Source: Malacoraja senta (lineage: Eukaryota). Taken from it: a stretch of 64,000 bases of DNA. Positions within the stretch are counted from its first letter, which is position 1. Every line of letters starts with the position of its first letter. The notes under the pieces were generated by a model. That model searched no databases and was not told the origin of the DNA. It saw only the letters and a program-made list of their open reading frames with translations. A program made the translations under genes and the position numbers. The stretch is taken from contig JAXLNO010000043.1 of the NCBI GenBank assembly GCA_038087875.1, forward strand, positions 124,001 through 188,000. Reading direction: 5' to 3'. Below are positions 1 through 11,027 of the stretch, in pieces.

Positions 1-1810
1 CCCTCCAATCCGCAGGAACTACTCCAGAATCTAAAGAGTTTTGAAAAATTATCACTAATGCATCCACTATTTCTGGAGCTACTTCCTTAAGTACTCTGGG
101 ATGCAGCCCATCTGGCCCTGGTGATTTTTCGGCCTTTAATCCATTCAATTTACCCAACACCACTTCCCGACTAACATGGATTTCACTCAGTTCCTCCATC
201 TCCTTTGACCAGCGGCCCCCTGCTATTTCCGGCAGATTATTTAAGTCTTCCTTAGTGAAGACGGAACCAAAGTAGTTATTCAATTGGTTCGCCATATCCT
301 TGTTCCCCATGATCAATTCACCTGTTTCTGACTGCAAGGGACCTACATTTGTTTTAACTAATCTCTTTCTCTTCACATATCTACAAAAACTTTAGCAGTC
401 AGTTTTTATGTTCCCTGCCAGTTTCCTTTCATAATCTATTTTCCCTTTCCTAATTAAGCCCTTTGTGCCCCTCTGCAGGTCTCTCAATTTCTCCCAGTCC
501 TCTGGTATGCTGCTTTTTCTGGCTAATTTGTACGCATCATCTTTTGCTTTGATACTATCCCTGATTTCCCTTGTTATCCACGGATGCACTACCTTCCCTG
601 ATTTATTCTGTTGCCAAACTGGGGTGAACAATTTTTGTAGTTCATCCATGCAGTCTTTAAATGCCTTCCATTGCATATCCACCGTCAACCCTTTTAGAAC
701 TAATTGCCAGTCAATCTTGGCCAATTCACGTCTCATACCCTCAAAGTTACCTTTCTTTAAGTTCAGAACCATTGTTTCTGAATTAACAATGTCACTCTCC
801 ATCCTAATGAAGAACTCAACCATATTATGGTCACTCTTGCCCAATGGGGCACGCACAACAAGACTGCTAACTAACCCTTCCTCATTACTCAATACCCAGT
901 CTAGAATAGCCTGCTCTCTCGTTGGTTCCTCTACATATTGGTTTAGATAACTATCCCGCATACATTCCAAGAAATCCTCTTCCTCAACACCCCTGCCAAT
1001 CTGATTCACCTAATCTATATGTAGATTGAAGTCACCATTATAACTGTTTTGCCTTTGTTGCACGCATTTCTAATTTCCTGTTTGATGCCATCCCCAACTT
1101 CACTACTACTGTTAGGTGGCCTGTACACAACACCCACCAGCGATTTCTGCCCCTTAGTGTTTCGCAGCTCTACCCATACCGATTCCACATCCTCCAAGCT
1201 AATGTCCTTTCTTTCCACTGCGTTAATCTCCTTTCTAACCAGCAACGCTACCCCACCTCCTTTTCCTTTCTCTCTATCCCTCCTGAATATTGAATATCCC
1301 TGGATGTTCAGCTCCCAGCCTTGGTCACCCTGGAGCCATGTCTCCGTGATACCAACTATATCATAATCATTAATAGCTATCTGCACGTTCAACTCATCGA
1401 CCTTATTACGAATGCTCCTTGCATTGAGACACAAAGCCTTCAGGCTTGTTTTTACAACGCTCTTACCCCTTTTACAATTATTTTGAAAAGTGGCCCTTTT
1501 TGATTTTTGCCCTGGATTTGTCTGCCTGCCACTTTTACTTTTCACCTTGCTACCTATTGTTTCCGCCCCCATTTTACACCCCTCTGTTTCTCTGCTCACC
1601 CATTTAAGAACCCCACCACCTCTTCTTCTCTGTTTATTATTGTTTTCTTCTTTTACCCCACATGTTGGGTCTGAGTGCTTTCCTTCTCTGCCTCCTGCCT
1701 CACACACTCTCTAATAGCTTTCTCTATTTGAGTCCCTTCCCCCAACCGTTCTAGTTTAAAGTCTCCCCAGTAGCCTTAGCAAATCTCCCCGCCAGGATAT
1801 TGGTCCCCCC
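1..1810 (-). mobile_element. CR1 LINE, 5'-truncated within the end of ORF1; ORF2 APE endonuclease and linker run off the left edge
   Basis: Minus ORFs 1015-1707 and 392-1009 carry APE motifs (LNARSIRNK, GITETWL, GKGGGVAL, YRPP, LDWVL, SDHN) split by a frameshift. Near-identical by eye to the CR1 at ~52376-54180. Confidence 0.93.
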
Positions 1811-2229
1811 CGAGCAGTTTTCCAGGAAGAGTGACGGGAGATTCCCGGTTGCTCCTGTAGTCCGTGACTCAGACCCTCAACACACCAAGGATCCATCAGC
1901 CGAGGCAACTGAACTATCGCCCAATCGCCAGTAAAAAATGTTGAATTTGAAATTAAAAACTTCAGGGAAATCGCAGTAATCTCCGTCCAAGATAAAATGA
2001 GCGATAGAGCGGATCAACATCGTCGCCTTCTCGCCCGCGTCCCCGGCGCCCAGACGACGGCCACAGAAGGGATCACAAAATGACTCAGTCCTCTGTGAGT
2101 TCCGAAGGACAGCGATACAACGGACACAGGTTTATCCAGAGGGGCGTCTCCACAAACGATCACTGCCCAAACACTGGACAATGAAGTCGCGGACAAATTG
2201 TCACCGCTCCAGACTGTGAATCAGTCTGC

Positions 2230-2440
2230 CGTAGTTTCAATGGCAATCGCTGCTTTGGGCGGGACTTGCAGCAGCAGGTAAACAACACCGCAGGCTCATT
2301 TCCACACAAAGGAAACCTGCACCGACCCTCCCAGTAACCTGCCGCCGCTCCCCGTCTCTATTGGCAACCGCCGCCTCAGACAGAGAGTTGGGGGCGGGCG
2401 CGGAGTACACCTGGGCTCACAACAGAGCCAGTTATTCAGC
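2230..2440 (+). promoter_or_regulatory. CpG-rich promoter-like element (copy A)
   Basis: X-box-like GTTTCAATGGCAAT 2234-2247 and GTCTCTATTGGCAAC 2354-2368 (overlaps an ATTGG/CCAAT and MYB-like CAACCGCC 2365-2372); GC boxes 2257-2265 and 2391-2400; forkhead GTAAACA 2278-2284. Motif matching only. Confidence 0.5.
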
Positions 2441-2680
2441 GAGCTGCAGAACAAAGGGAGCAGGGAACAGCACAGCACATAAACTGATGCTGGGAACAAA
2501 GAACTGTAGACGGTGATTGATACACACAAGGCGACTGTGAACCAAAGAATACGATACATATAATCCCCAAACCGAAACCATGGTTCTTGGTTCTTGGTTT
2601 CTTGGTCCTCCAAAATATTCCAAATGGAATTTAAACTGGATGGGGCATCCGTGAGCTCCATTCACAGGTGAATCTCAAAT

Positions 2681-2775
2681 CTCAAGAAGGGTCTCGACCC
2701 GAAACGTCACTACTCCTTCGCTCCATAGATGCTGCCTCACCCGCTGCGTTTCTCCAGCATTTTTGTCTACCTTCA
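2681..2775 (+). mobile_element. Penelope-like element terminal fragment (degenerate hammerhead-like motif); paralog at 22331-22425
   Basis: CTCAAGA-AGGGTCTCGACCC-GAAACGTC followed by ...AGATGCTGCCTCACCCGCTG...CTCCAGCATTTTTGTCTAC, a layout I recall from chondrichthyan Penelope termini. Confidence 0.5.
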
Positions 2776-2784
2776 AGTTTACTT

Positions 2785-3081
2785 TTGTTTAGTTTAGAGA
2801 TACAACCGGGAAACAGGCCCTTCGGCCCAACGTGTCCGCGCTGACGAGCGATCCCCGTAAACGAACACTATGATACAAACACCAGGAACAATTTACTATT
2901 CTATTAAACTAATTAATCTACAAACTTGTTCTGTGCGACTTTGGTGTGTGGGATGAAATCGGAGCACCTGGACAAAATCCACGCAGGTCACGGGGGGAAC
3001 ATATCAACTCCTAACGGACTGCACCCGTAGTCAGGATCGAACCCAGCAAGGCAGTAACTCTACCGCGACGCCACCGTGCCG
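2785..3081 (-). mobile_element. tRNA-derived SINE (HE1/V-SINE type)
   Basis: Minus strand starts GGCACGGTGGCG...GGTAGAG (A box) and GGTTCGATCC (B box), and ends in a CR1-like tail GGGCCGAAGGGCCTGTTTCC...CTAAACTAAAC. Confidence 0.75.
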
Positions 3082-3089
3082 TATCAAGT

Positions 3090-3850
3090 CTGCAGCGTTC
3101 ACGACAGTCCATGCCGTGCGGCACGGGATATCTATCTATGACTGTCGCAGAGACATTAAGGATGCCAAGAGGGAATTCCGGACCAAGCTGGAGACCCGAG
3201 GCAATGAGAAGGATACCCGCAAATTGTGGCAAGGCTTGCACGCTGGAATGGGCTACAAAGCGAAGGCGGGCAACATCGATGGCAACAATGGCTCCCTGCC
3301 CGAGGAGCTGAATGCATTCTCTGCCCGCTTTGTACAGAATGTCTGGAGGAATATTTCCCGTTCCATCAGTCTCGGGTTCACCTGTACCAACGGTTACTGT
3401 GGCAGGCTATCTTGGGAGTGAATGTGTGGAGAGCTACAGGCTCGGATGCAGCCCCTTGACTCCTGTACACTCAGAACTGTGCGGCCAAATTCGGCAAAAA
3501 GCCACATCTACAAGTCTGCAGGTGACAACTCTGTGGTGGGCGGATCATGAACACTGACGAGACGGGGCACAAGAGGAAGACGGGGAGCTTAGCAATATGG
3601 TTGGTGTCCGGAGATCACTCTCTCAATCAATGCCAGCAACACGAAGGAGCTAGTTACTGTCTTCAGGAATCTTGATGAAGTACCCTGCCCCAATCTGCAC
3701 CTATGGGGCCAAAGTGGAAATGGTCGACAACTTGAAATTCCATGGCATTAATATTACCAAAGATCTGTCGGGCACCGACCATATTGAAGCGTCAGCCACA
3801 AAATCACATCAAAAGGGATCTGAGGAAATTCGGCATGTCACCAATGATTC
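3090..3850 (+). mobile_element. Degraded Rex1/Babar LINE fragments (paralog ~22740-23500)
   Basis: YDCRRDIKDAKREFRTKLE...RKLWQGL...LPEELNAFSARF and VEMVDNLKFHGINITKDLS resemble Rex1 ORF segments. Confidence 0.6.
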
Positions 3851-3859
3851 ATACACACA

Positions 3860-4750
3860 TCAGTGGTCGGTGCTGGACCCATTGCTGTTTGTCATCTCTA
3901 TCAAGGATTTGGATGGGAACGTATACATCATTAATAAGTTTGCCGATGTCACCATGGTTGGTAGTATTGTCGATAGCGAAGATGGTTGTTAAGAATGACA
4001 GCAGGACCTTGAGCAGTTGAGCAGGTGGGCTGAGGAGTTGTGTTGGAGTTTAATGCTGATAATGGTTAAGAGTTGAATTTTGGGAAGTCAAACCAGCGCA
4101 GTCTTACATAGTGGATTGTAGGAATCAGGGCAGTGTTGTGTTGAAGAGGGATCCAACATTGCAGGTACACACTGTAGCTCCTTGAACGTGGCGTCACAAG
4201 TAGATAGGGTGGTCAAGAAGGCTTTTGGCAGATAGGCCATCATCAATCAGAATATTGTATATAAATGTAGGGAGGTCATATTACACGTGTACAAGACATT
4301 AGTGAGGCCTCATAGAGTGTTGAGTCCAGTTTTGGTCATCCTGTTGGTGGAAAGATAGTGTCAAGCTGGAAGGGGGTACATAAGAGATTTACTGGGATGT
4401 TGCCAGGACTTGAGTGGCTGAGCGAAAGGGAGAAGTTTAGGAGGCTAGGTCTTTATTCATTGGAGCACAGGAGGACGTGTATACACGATCATGAGAGGAA
4501 AATATAGGGTAAATACACAAACTTTGAACCAGAGTAGGGGAATCGAGAACAATGGGACATGGTTCAAGGCGCGGGTTGAGAGATTTAATAGAAACCTGAG
4601 CGGCCAATTGTTTAAACAAAGCATGGTAGGTGTGTGGATCGAGCTGTCGGGGGAGGGGATGAGGCAGGTGCTATCGCACTGTATAAGAAACTTTTAGACA
4701 GGTACATCAACAGGTTAGGTTTAGAAGGATATTTGCCAAATATGGTAGAT
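3860..4750 (+). mobile_element. Degraded CR1 3' fragment (paralog ~23510-24400)
   Basis: SVLDPLLFVISIKDLD...INKFADVT (RT core) followed by a CR1-like 3' region. Confidence 0.65.
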
Positions 4751-5699
4751 GGGTCGAGCGTCGATGATACATCCTATCCCCTCTCGGCGCCTTCCCTTTG
4801 CACTTGTCCAACAATTAATTTGTCGTTAACAACCTTCACTTATACATCAACATCGTCTCCAATCTTCATCGTCTTATGTCTCCATCATAGTACGGACATT
4901 ACCGCTCTGGGCATGGTTGTTACTCACCGCAGATTATTAGGTTTGGTTACATTAGGTAAGGTCTATTACTGTCATTGGTACTGGGGTACGGTGGAAATCT
5001 TTGTTTTCCATATTATTCAAAATGTTCAGATACATCATATGTAGGTGCAAACACTTCAAACGTACAATACATAGAGCAAAGATGAAGATACAGAATGTAG
5101 ACTATAGTTCATGATATAGAATATCATGTTGAATATCGTTCTTGATTCTCATCAAAACTCTGATTTATCCGTAAATTTGTCAGAATGAACAACATCTGCG
5201 CAAACCGCATTGCGTAATTCCGATCTATCTTTGTCCTAAGAAATGGACATTCCCAGTTGTAGAATTCGAGCTTTGTGTAAAAACAAAGATTCATTCAAGC
5301 AGTTGCAGAAATTGTTATTGAACCGTTCTGAAGTGCACAGTTAGAGCGACAGATGATGCAATACTTATCTCACCTTTGAGACCTCCCACTAGCTTGGCGG
5401 AGTTGTAAACAATTAAGATGCGAGGCACATTAGGTTTCAGGTACAGGTTCAGGATTAGGATTATTGTTGTGAAATATACCGAGGTACATTGAAAAAAACT
5501 GTGTTTGCATGTAATCCAGGCAGAACAGAAGTCCGTGCATAGGTACAATCATTTCAAACTCACATATAACAGATAGAGGAAAGGAGAAGATTCAGAGAGC
5601 AGAATACAGTTTCAGCGATGTAGCGTATCAGCTCCAGAGAAATGTCCAATGTCATCAATTGGGAAATGTGAAATAAACAGCATAATAGCTTCTAGATGA

Positions 5700-6500
5700 C
5701 CCTTAAGGAGCCCGATAACGGACGAGAAGAAGCTGCTGGTGGTGCGCGCTTTCCCGCGTGTGTACTTACTGCCGACTGGAGCAGGCAGAAGAAGGAATGG
5801 TCGGGGTGAAACGGCTCATTGGTTGCATTGGCTGCATTTCCAAGGCAGAGTAGAGTGTAGATTGTATCAGTGGTGAGAAGTCTGGTCTGTGTGACGGACA
5901 GGGCTACATCTACAAATCTCCCCAATTGCTTGTGTTCCTATGCAGAGCTTTTCTCAAAACAAGCTGTTATGGAACCCTCCATGATGCTTTCTATGCTGCA
6001 TCTACAGAAGTTTGGAACAGTCACTGGAGACATGACGAGATTTCTCTGTCTCCTCGCGATATAAAGGCGTTAGTCTGCCTTCTGGATTGTTGCATCTATG
6101 TGGGTGATCCACGACAAACCTTTGATAGTATTAACACCAAGGGAAAGCTGTCATCTATTTCCACTTCTGCAACATTGATGCTGATTGGGCATGTCCTGCA
6201 CCATGTTTCCTGAAGTCAATAACTAGCTCCTTCGTCTTGCTGACATTGAGGGAAAGATTATTGTCCGGGCACCATGTATCTTAGTTCTCTATCATCCTCC
6301 TGTACACAATATTGCAATTATTCCTGATTTGACCAACCACAGTGGGTTTGTGCGTAAACCTGTAGATATGATTGGAGCCAAATTTATCCGTACAGTCGAG
6401 AGTGTAAAGGGAGAATATTAGGGGACTGGGTCCTTGCAGGGCACCGATGTAGAGATTTATTCTGAAGGAGATGCTGTCCCCTCTCCTCATTGACTGAGGT
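5700..6500 (-). mobile_element. Degraded Rex1/Babar LINE fragment (paralog ~25360-26165)
   Basis: GALQGPSPLIFSLYTLDC...IYRFTHKPTVVGQIRNN...YRRMIEN and HPDHSFFCLLQS on the minus strand. Confidence 0.6.
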
Positions 6501-7720
6501 CCGTGGGCATTGGAGCCTTGGAAGCAGTGACAGAGGGAGAGCAGATTCCGAGATCCCGTGGTTAGGAGATAACTGCCATCACTTACCCAGCTGACACAGG
6601 TACACACCGTCACACGTACAATGCCAAGATACAGTCTGTTTGGAATTCAATATTATAATTACAAACTGTTCTTGGTTTAATATTCATTTCCAACCAGGTC
6701 ACATCAGTGTTCATTTCCCTATTTGCCACAGATATGTTCGCCCCAACCATGTTTGCGTTTCATAAATTGTCATCCTCATTTTGTGGGGTAGATAATACTG
6801 TAGATTCAAATATATCTGCGAGAATACATTACATCTGACCTCATGTCACTCCAAGGTGAATTCTTATTCTGAACAATGATCATAACGTAATAATCCATAT
6901 GCAGGCTGCAATTCCCTCAAATCTATCTTGCAAAGGCCTCGCAGAAGTCTCGATGTCGGGGTCAATACATTCACTTGTCATTCTTACCAACTGCGCAGAA
7001 TGGATGATCTGAACAATTGTTCGCCCTTTGAGAGCCACTTGATGCGACGGATACGTCTGGAATTCACTCCCTGCCCGAGTCGAAGGTAAGTATCACTTCC
7101 CCTAAAAGAGGAAGTGCCAGGGCATAATATTTTGCAGATTAAGTACTCGTAGATGGAATTTAGTAATTGGACAGGAGCAAACAGACAGTTTTTCGGCCTA
7201 TTTCTCTGCTGTGTGACTCAGTGACTATTGGTCCAGTATATACACTTGTCCCCACACGTGGTATCTTCGTCAGTAGGGTTCACCACTAGTTCCTTGAATA
7301 GGCAACTCGACAGTTGTAATAGGTAGCTATGTTTGTTTATTTCTGTTGAGCAATAAATGTTGGGCAGCAACTGATTCTGCAGCAATGTTGAGATGCGCTG
7401 ACTAGCCAGTTTACAGTCTAATCCAGAGTGCGGTGCAACACCAATGTTTGCGGGCGTGTGCTTTGCGGAACAAGAACATGGCGTGCACTTGTTTCTACAA
7501 GATCGGAGCTTTGATAAGTCATTCATTTCTGACATTAAATCCGATGTCCTCTCAAGTCTGAATCTTCTGGGTTTAACATGTTTTCCTCTTGTATTTCAGA
7601 TGCCAAGCATTAACGGCGGTGCACAATAAAGTATTAGCATTTCACTGTGTTCTTTCTCCTCCTCCCAACCCCTCTTCGCATTTGTCGAACTATTCATTTG
7701 TGGTGAACAACGATTCTTTT

Positions 7721-7761
7721 CAGAATCAGAATCAGAATCAGAATCAGAATCAGAATCAGAT
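7721..7761 (+). repeat. (CAGAAT)n microsatellite, probably a retroposon tail (paralog ~27384-27424)
   Basis: Direct reading; explains the QNQNQN/SESESE ORF runs. Confidence 0.9.
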
Positions 7762-8024
7762 TTTATTCGACAAATATGTTTTGCAACATACGAGGAATTT
7801 TACTTCTCTTGTACAGCAAAACCGGGTGTGTCACGTGGACATTCTTTGTCCCCATCATATTACCAATAGACCCGCTCTGATCACAGTTATTACATCTCCA
7901 ATCATTAGGTTTGCCTTGGGTTAGGCTATATTTATTATTATTACATGCCGAGCTACAGTGAAACGCGCGGTTTTGCATGCTATCCACTCAGATGTGACCT
8001 ACCATACATGGACAAAATCAATTC

Positions 8025-8515
8025 AAACTCGCGTCGGGATGATCGAAACTCCAGCGTCGGGATGATCGAAACTCCAGCGTCGGGACAAATCGGAATATTC
8101 GCGGCATGGAGCTCCCCACTCGGCCTCTTCTTACCGGAGACCGCGGCTAGACGACGTTGAAGTCCACAGTCCCCGCGGTCGGAGCACTTTCGCTGGCGAT
8201 CCTCGGCAAAGGATCGCACGCTCCTCGATGGTAAGTCTACGCCGCGCCCGCGGCTCGAGGCTCCGGGCCGGGCCGGGCTCCAGGAAATGCCGTGCCACTC
8301 CATGTTGTTAGGCCGCATGGGGGACGGAGATGCGACACGGAGAAAACTCGCATCTCCGTCGAGGTAAGTGACTGAAAAATGTTTCCCCTGATCCCCCCCC
8401 CGCACCCCTACATAAAACATAGCAAGAAACATTGAAACATACATTTAAGACATATTTAAAATAAAATAAAACAGTGAAAGGACGAGACAGACTGTTGGCG
8501 AGGAATCCATTACGA
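8025..8515 (-). mobile_element. GC-rich non-autonomous retroposon or LINE 5' UTR-like repeat (paralog ~27690-28180)
   Basis: CpG-rich block with a 23-bp tandem GCGTCGGGATGATCGAAACTCCA. Its organisation (CCCC tract, A-rich tract, GACAGAC end) resembles the inserts at 58055-58835. Confidence 0.45.
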
Positions 8516-9230
8516 TTGCCACCCGGTGGAGATAGAGAATAAAATAATATATTTGGCGAAATAGAAGGCCATACCAATATTGTTATTATTTCCATCAAAT
8601 CCTGAATGTATTTGTAAATATGAACATTTGTGTACAAACCATGAGAATAATAGGTCGCGGAGACCCCTGCCCAGAATGGTCGAATCGAAAACTAGAGTAT
8701 ATGGATTTAAGGTAAGGGAGAAATATTTAATAGGAACATGATGGATAAAACATTTTAAAAAGGGGAGAGAGTCCATGCAACCAGCGGCCAGAGCAGATAG
8801 CTGCGGCACGTACTATCGCAACGTTTGAAATATTTGGATAGGTACATGAATAGGGCAGGTTTAGAGTAACACGCGCCAAACGCACGCCTGGGGGACTCGT
8901 GTGGATGGGACATGTTTGTGGGTGCGGGCAAATGGGACGAAAGGCCAGTTTCCACACTGTATGATTCATTGACACCATGACTCTATATTATCTACCAGTA
9001 TTGCATCATCCCGTTCTCCTTGGAAATGCCCAGTGAATTTGTGGAATTCGACTTCTGTAAAAACACAAAACGAGCAATCTGTGCAAAATATATTCATTAA
9101 CTGTGCCGAGGTGCACAACGATGGATGATGCATTCCTTCTACAAGCTCTGAGACATCCAGCTGGGTTAGTGTTGTTGTAAATAGGTACGATACGCGGGCG
9201 CATTATGTTTTAGCTTTAGGTTCAGGTTTA

Positions 9231-9760
9231 TTATTTTTCCCAGTCTCCTCCTGAAGTAAAGGTGTAGGTGTGACTTCTTGAGTGTCGCATGAAAGTGATT
9301 GCTCCCCAACATATTGTTGATAAGATTAACGCCATGCAACATGACCTCTCAACAATTTTCATGTCCGTTCCATCGATGCAGATTAGGGCATCAACTCCAC
9401 CATCTTTCCCCGAGTCAACAGCCAGCTCCTTCGCCTTGCTGACATTGACGGAGATGTTAATGTCCTGACACCAAGTCACTAAGTTCTCTATCTCCTTCTT
9501 GTACTCCGTATCGTTATTGTCCGTAACTCGGTCATGCCTTCCCCTATGCTTCCAGAATTTAATTACTACCCCTTTCGTCTTGAAGACATTGAGCGGTCGG
9601 TTATTTTTCTGACGCAATGTCAGTAAGTTCAGTATCTCTTTCCTGAACTCTGTCTCCTCATTGTTCCTGATACGGCCCATCACAGTGGTGTCGTCAGCAA
9701 ACCTGTGGACGAATTGTGTAAAGAGTGTATCGTTGGGGGACTGAAAAATCATCCTTGTAG
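9231..9760 (-). mobile_element. Rex1/Babar RT fragment with internal duplication (paralog ~28891-29420)
   Basis: RFADDTTVMGRIRNNEETEFRKEILNL...LNVFKTK, then a second NNDTEYKKEIENLVTWCQD...VNVSKAKE block. Confidence 0.75.
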
Positions 9761-11027
9761 GGCGCCCGGTCCCCCCCACCCCCCCAACCCCGACTGTGGA
9801 CACAGCTACACACGGCCACACACACAATGCCAATCTCAAGCCTGTTCAGACATTTAATATCATAATTATCAATCTTATCCTGGTCTCAAGTTCTATTCCA
9901 TACCTGGTCACATTGGTCTTCAGTTCCCTATTGGCCCACAATTATCTTCGCTCCAACCCTGTTTGTATTTAATAAATGGGCACCACTGTTGTTCTAGGGT
10001 AGAGGGTACTCGAGATTCAGATATATCCGAGAGAGTAAATTACATCACCTCTCAGTCACTCCAAAGTGAATTCATATTCTGATCATCTGATGCTAACGTA
10101 ACCATCCATATACCCGTTGTTTGATGCTCTGAAGCTCCATCCAATTACTGACTTGTTGTTCTCACCAACTGCACAGAGTAGAGGATCTGGTCAATTATTG
10201 GTCGTTTCACATAAATCTCCACTTCTGACTACACCGCTTCGAAGGGAGGCATCACCTTCTTTAAGAGAGAGAGGACTAACGCATAATACTTGTGGACCAA
10301 GTGCTGGAAAATGCGATTCAGTTGTTGGATAGCATTAACACAGCACGACTGCACTACTCTTTCCTTGTGTGACCGAGCTGCAGGTAGAGGTGAGGAATTT
10401 ATTCCCGGGAGCGAAGGAGACTGAGGGGTGATGATATGAAGGTGTATAAAATAATGAGAGGAATAGATAGGCTGAATGCAGGGCATTTTCCCCAGGATTG
10501 AGAATCAAAAGGCAGATTTCATAGGTTTAATGTGAGAGCAGCAAGATTTACAAGGAACCTGAAGGGAAGACTTGACACAAATAGAGAATGCTGGGTATAT
10601 GGTTTGAACTTGTGTTAAGATCATTCACTTCTGACATCATATATTTTTTCTGCCTGGACGGATGTTATCTGAGTCTTCTGACTATACTATGTTTTCCTCC
10701 TGTATTGCAGATGCACGGTCATTAATACGGTCCACGATAAGGTATCAGGTGTCTTACTGAGTTATTCCCCCTGTGCCCACTTCACACCTTGTCTTCACAT
10801 TTGTTCACCCCCATTCAACACCTTCTCTTGTATATCAATACTGTTGGTGTTACATGAACAATCATAGTAGCCATCATCGTACGAGTATCCCTCTCTGATC
10901 ATAGTTGGTACTTATGTCAGATCATTCGTTTAGCTGAGGTTAGGCTTGGTATTATTGACAGATATTTCAAGGTACAGTGGAAAGCAGCGGATTGCACGCT
11001 ATCCATTCAGTTCAAATATGCCATATT

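Noticed and set aside
3020..3081. tRNA-like A/B boxes
   Set aside because: Head of a SINE; no complete cloverleaf.
7218..7535. Minus ORF ending DTTCGDKCIYWTNSH, superficially kringle- or V2R-like
   Set aside because: Cysteine spacing is incomplete, and homologous modules break the frame with stops and indels.
7640..7660. CACTGTG/CACAGTG heptamers as V(D)J recombination signals
   Set aside because: No nonamer at 12/23 spacing and no V or J (FGxG/WGxG) segments seen.
10295..10340. AAGTGCT (miR-430/302 seed) recurring in modules (also ~18380, ~26803, ~29991, ~38108)
   Set aside because: I could not fold a pre-miRNA-length hairpin around any copy, and the downstream bases do not resemble miR-430.
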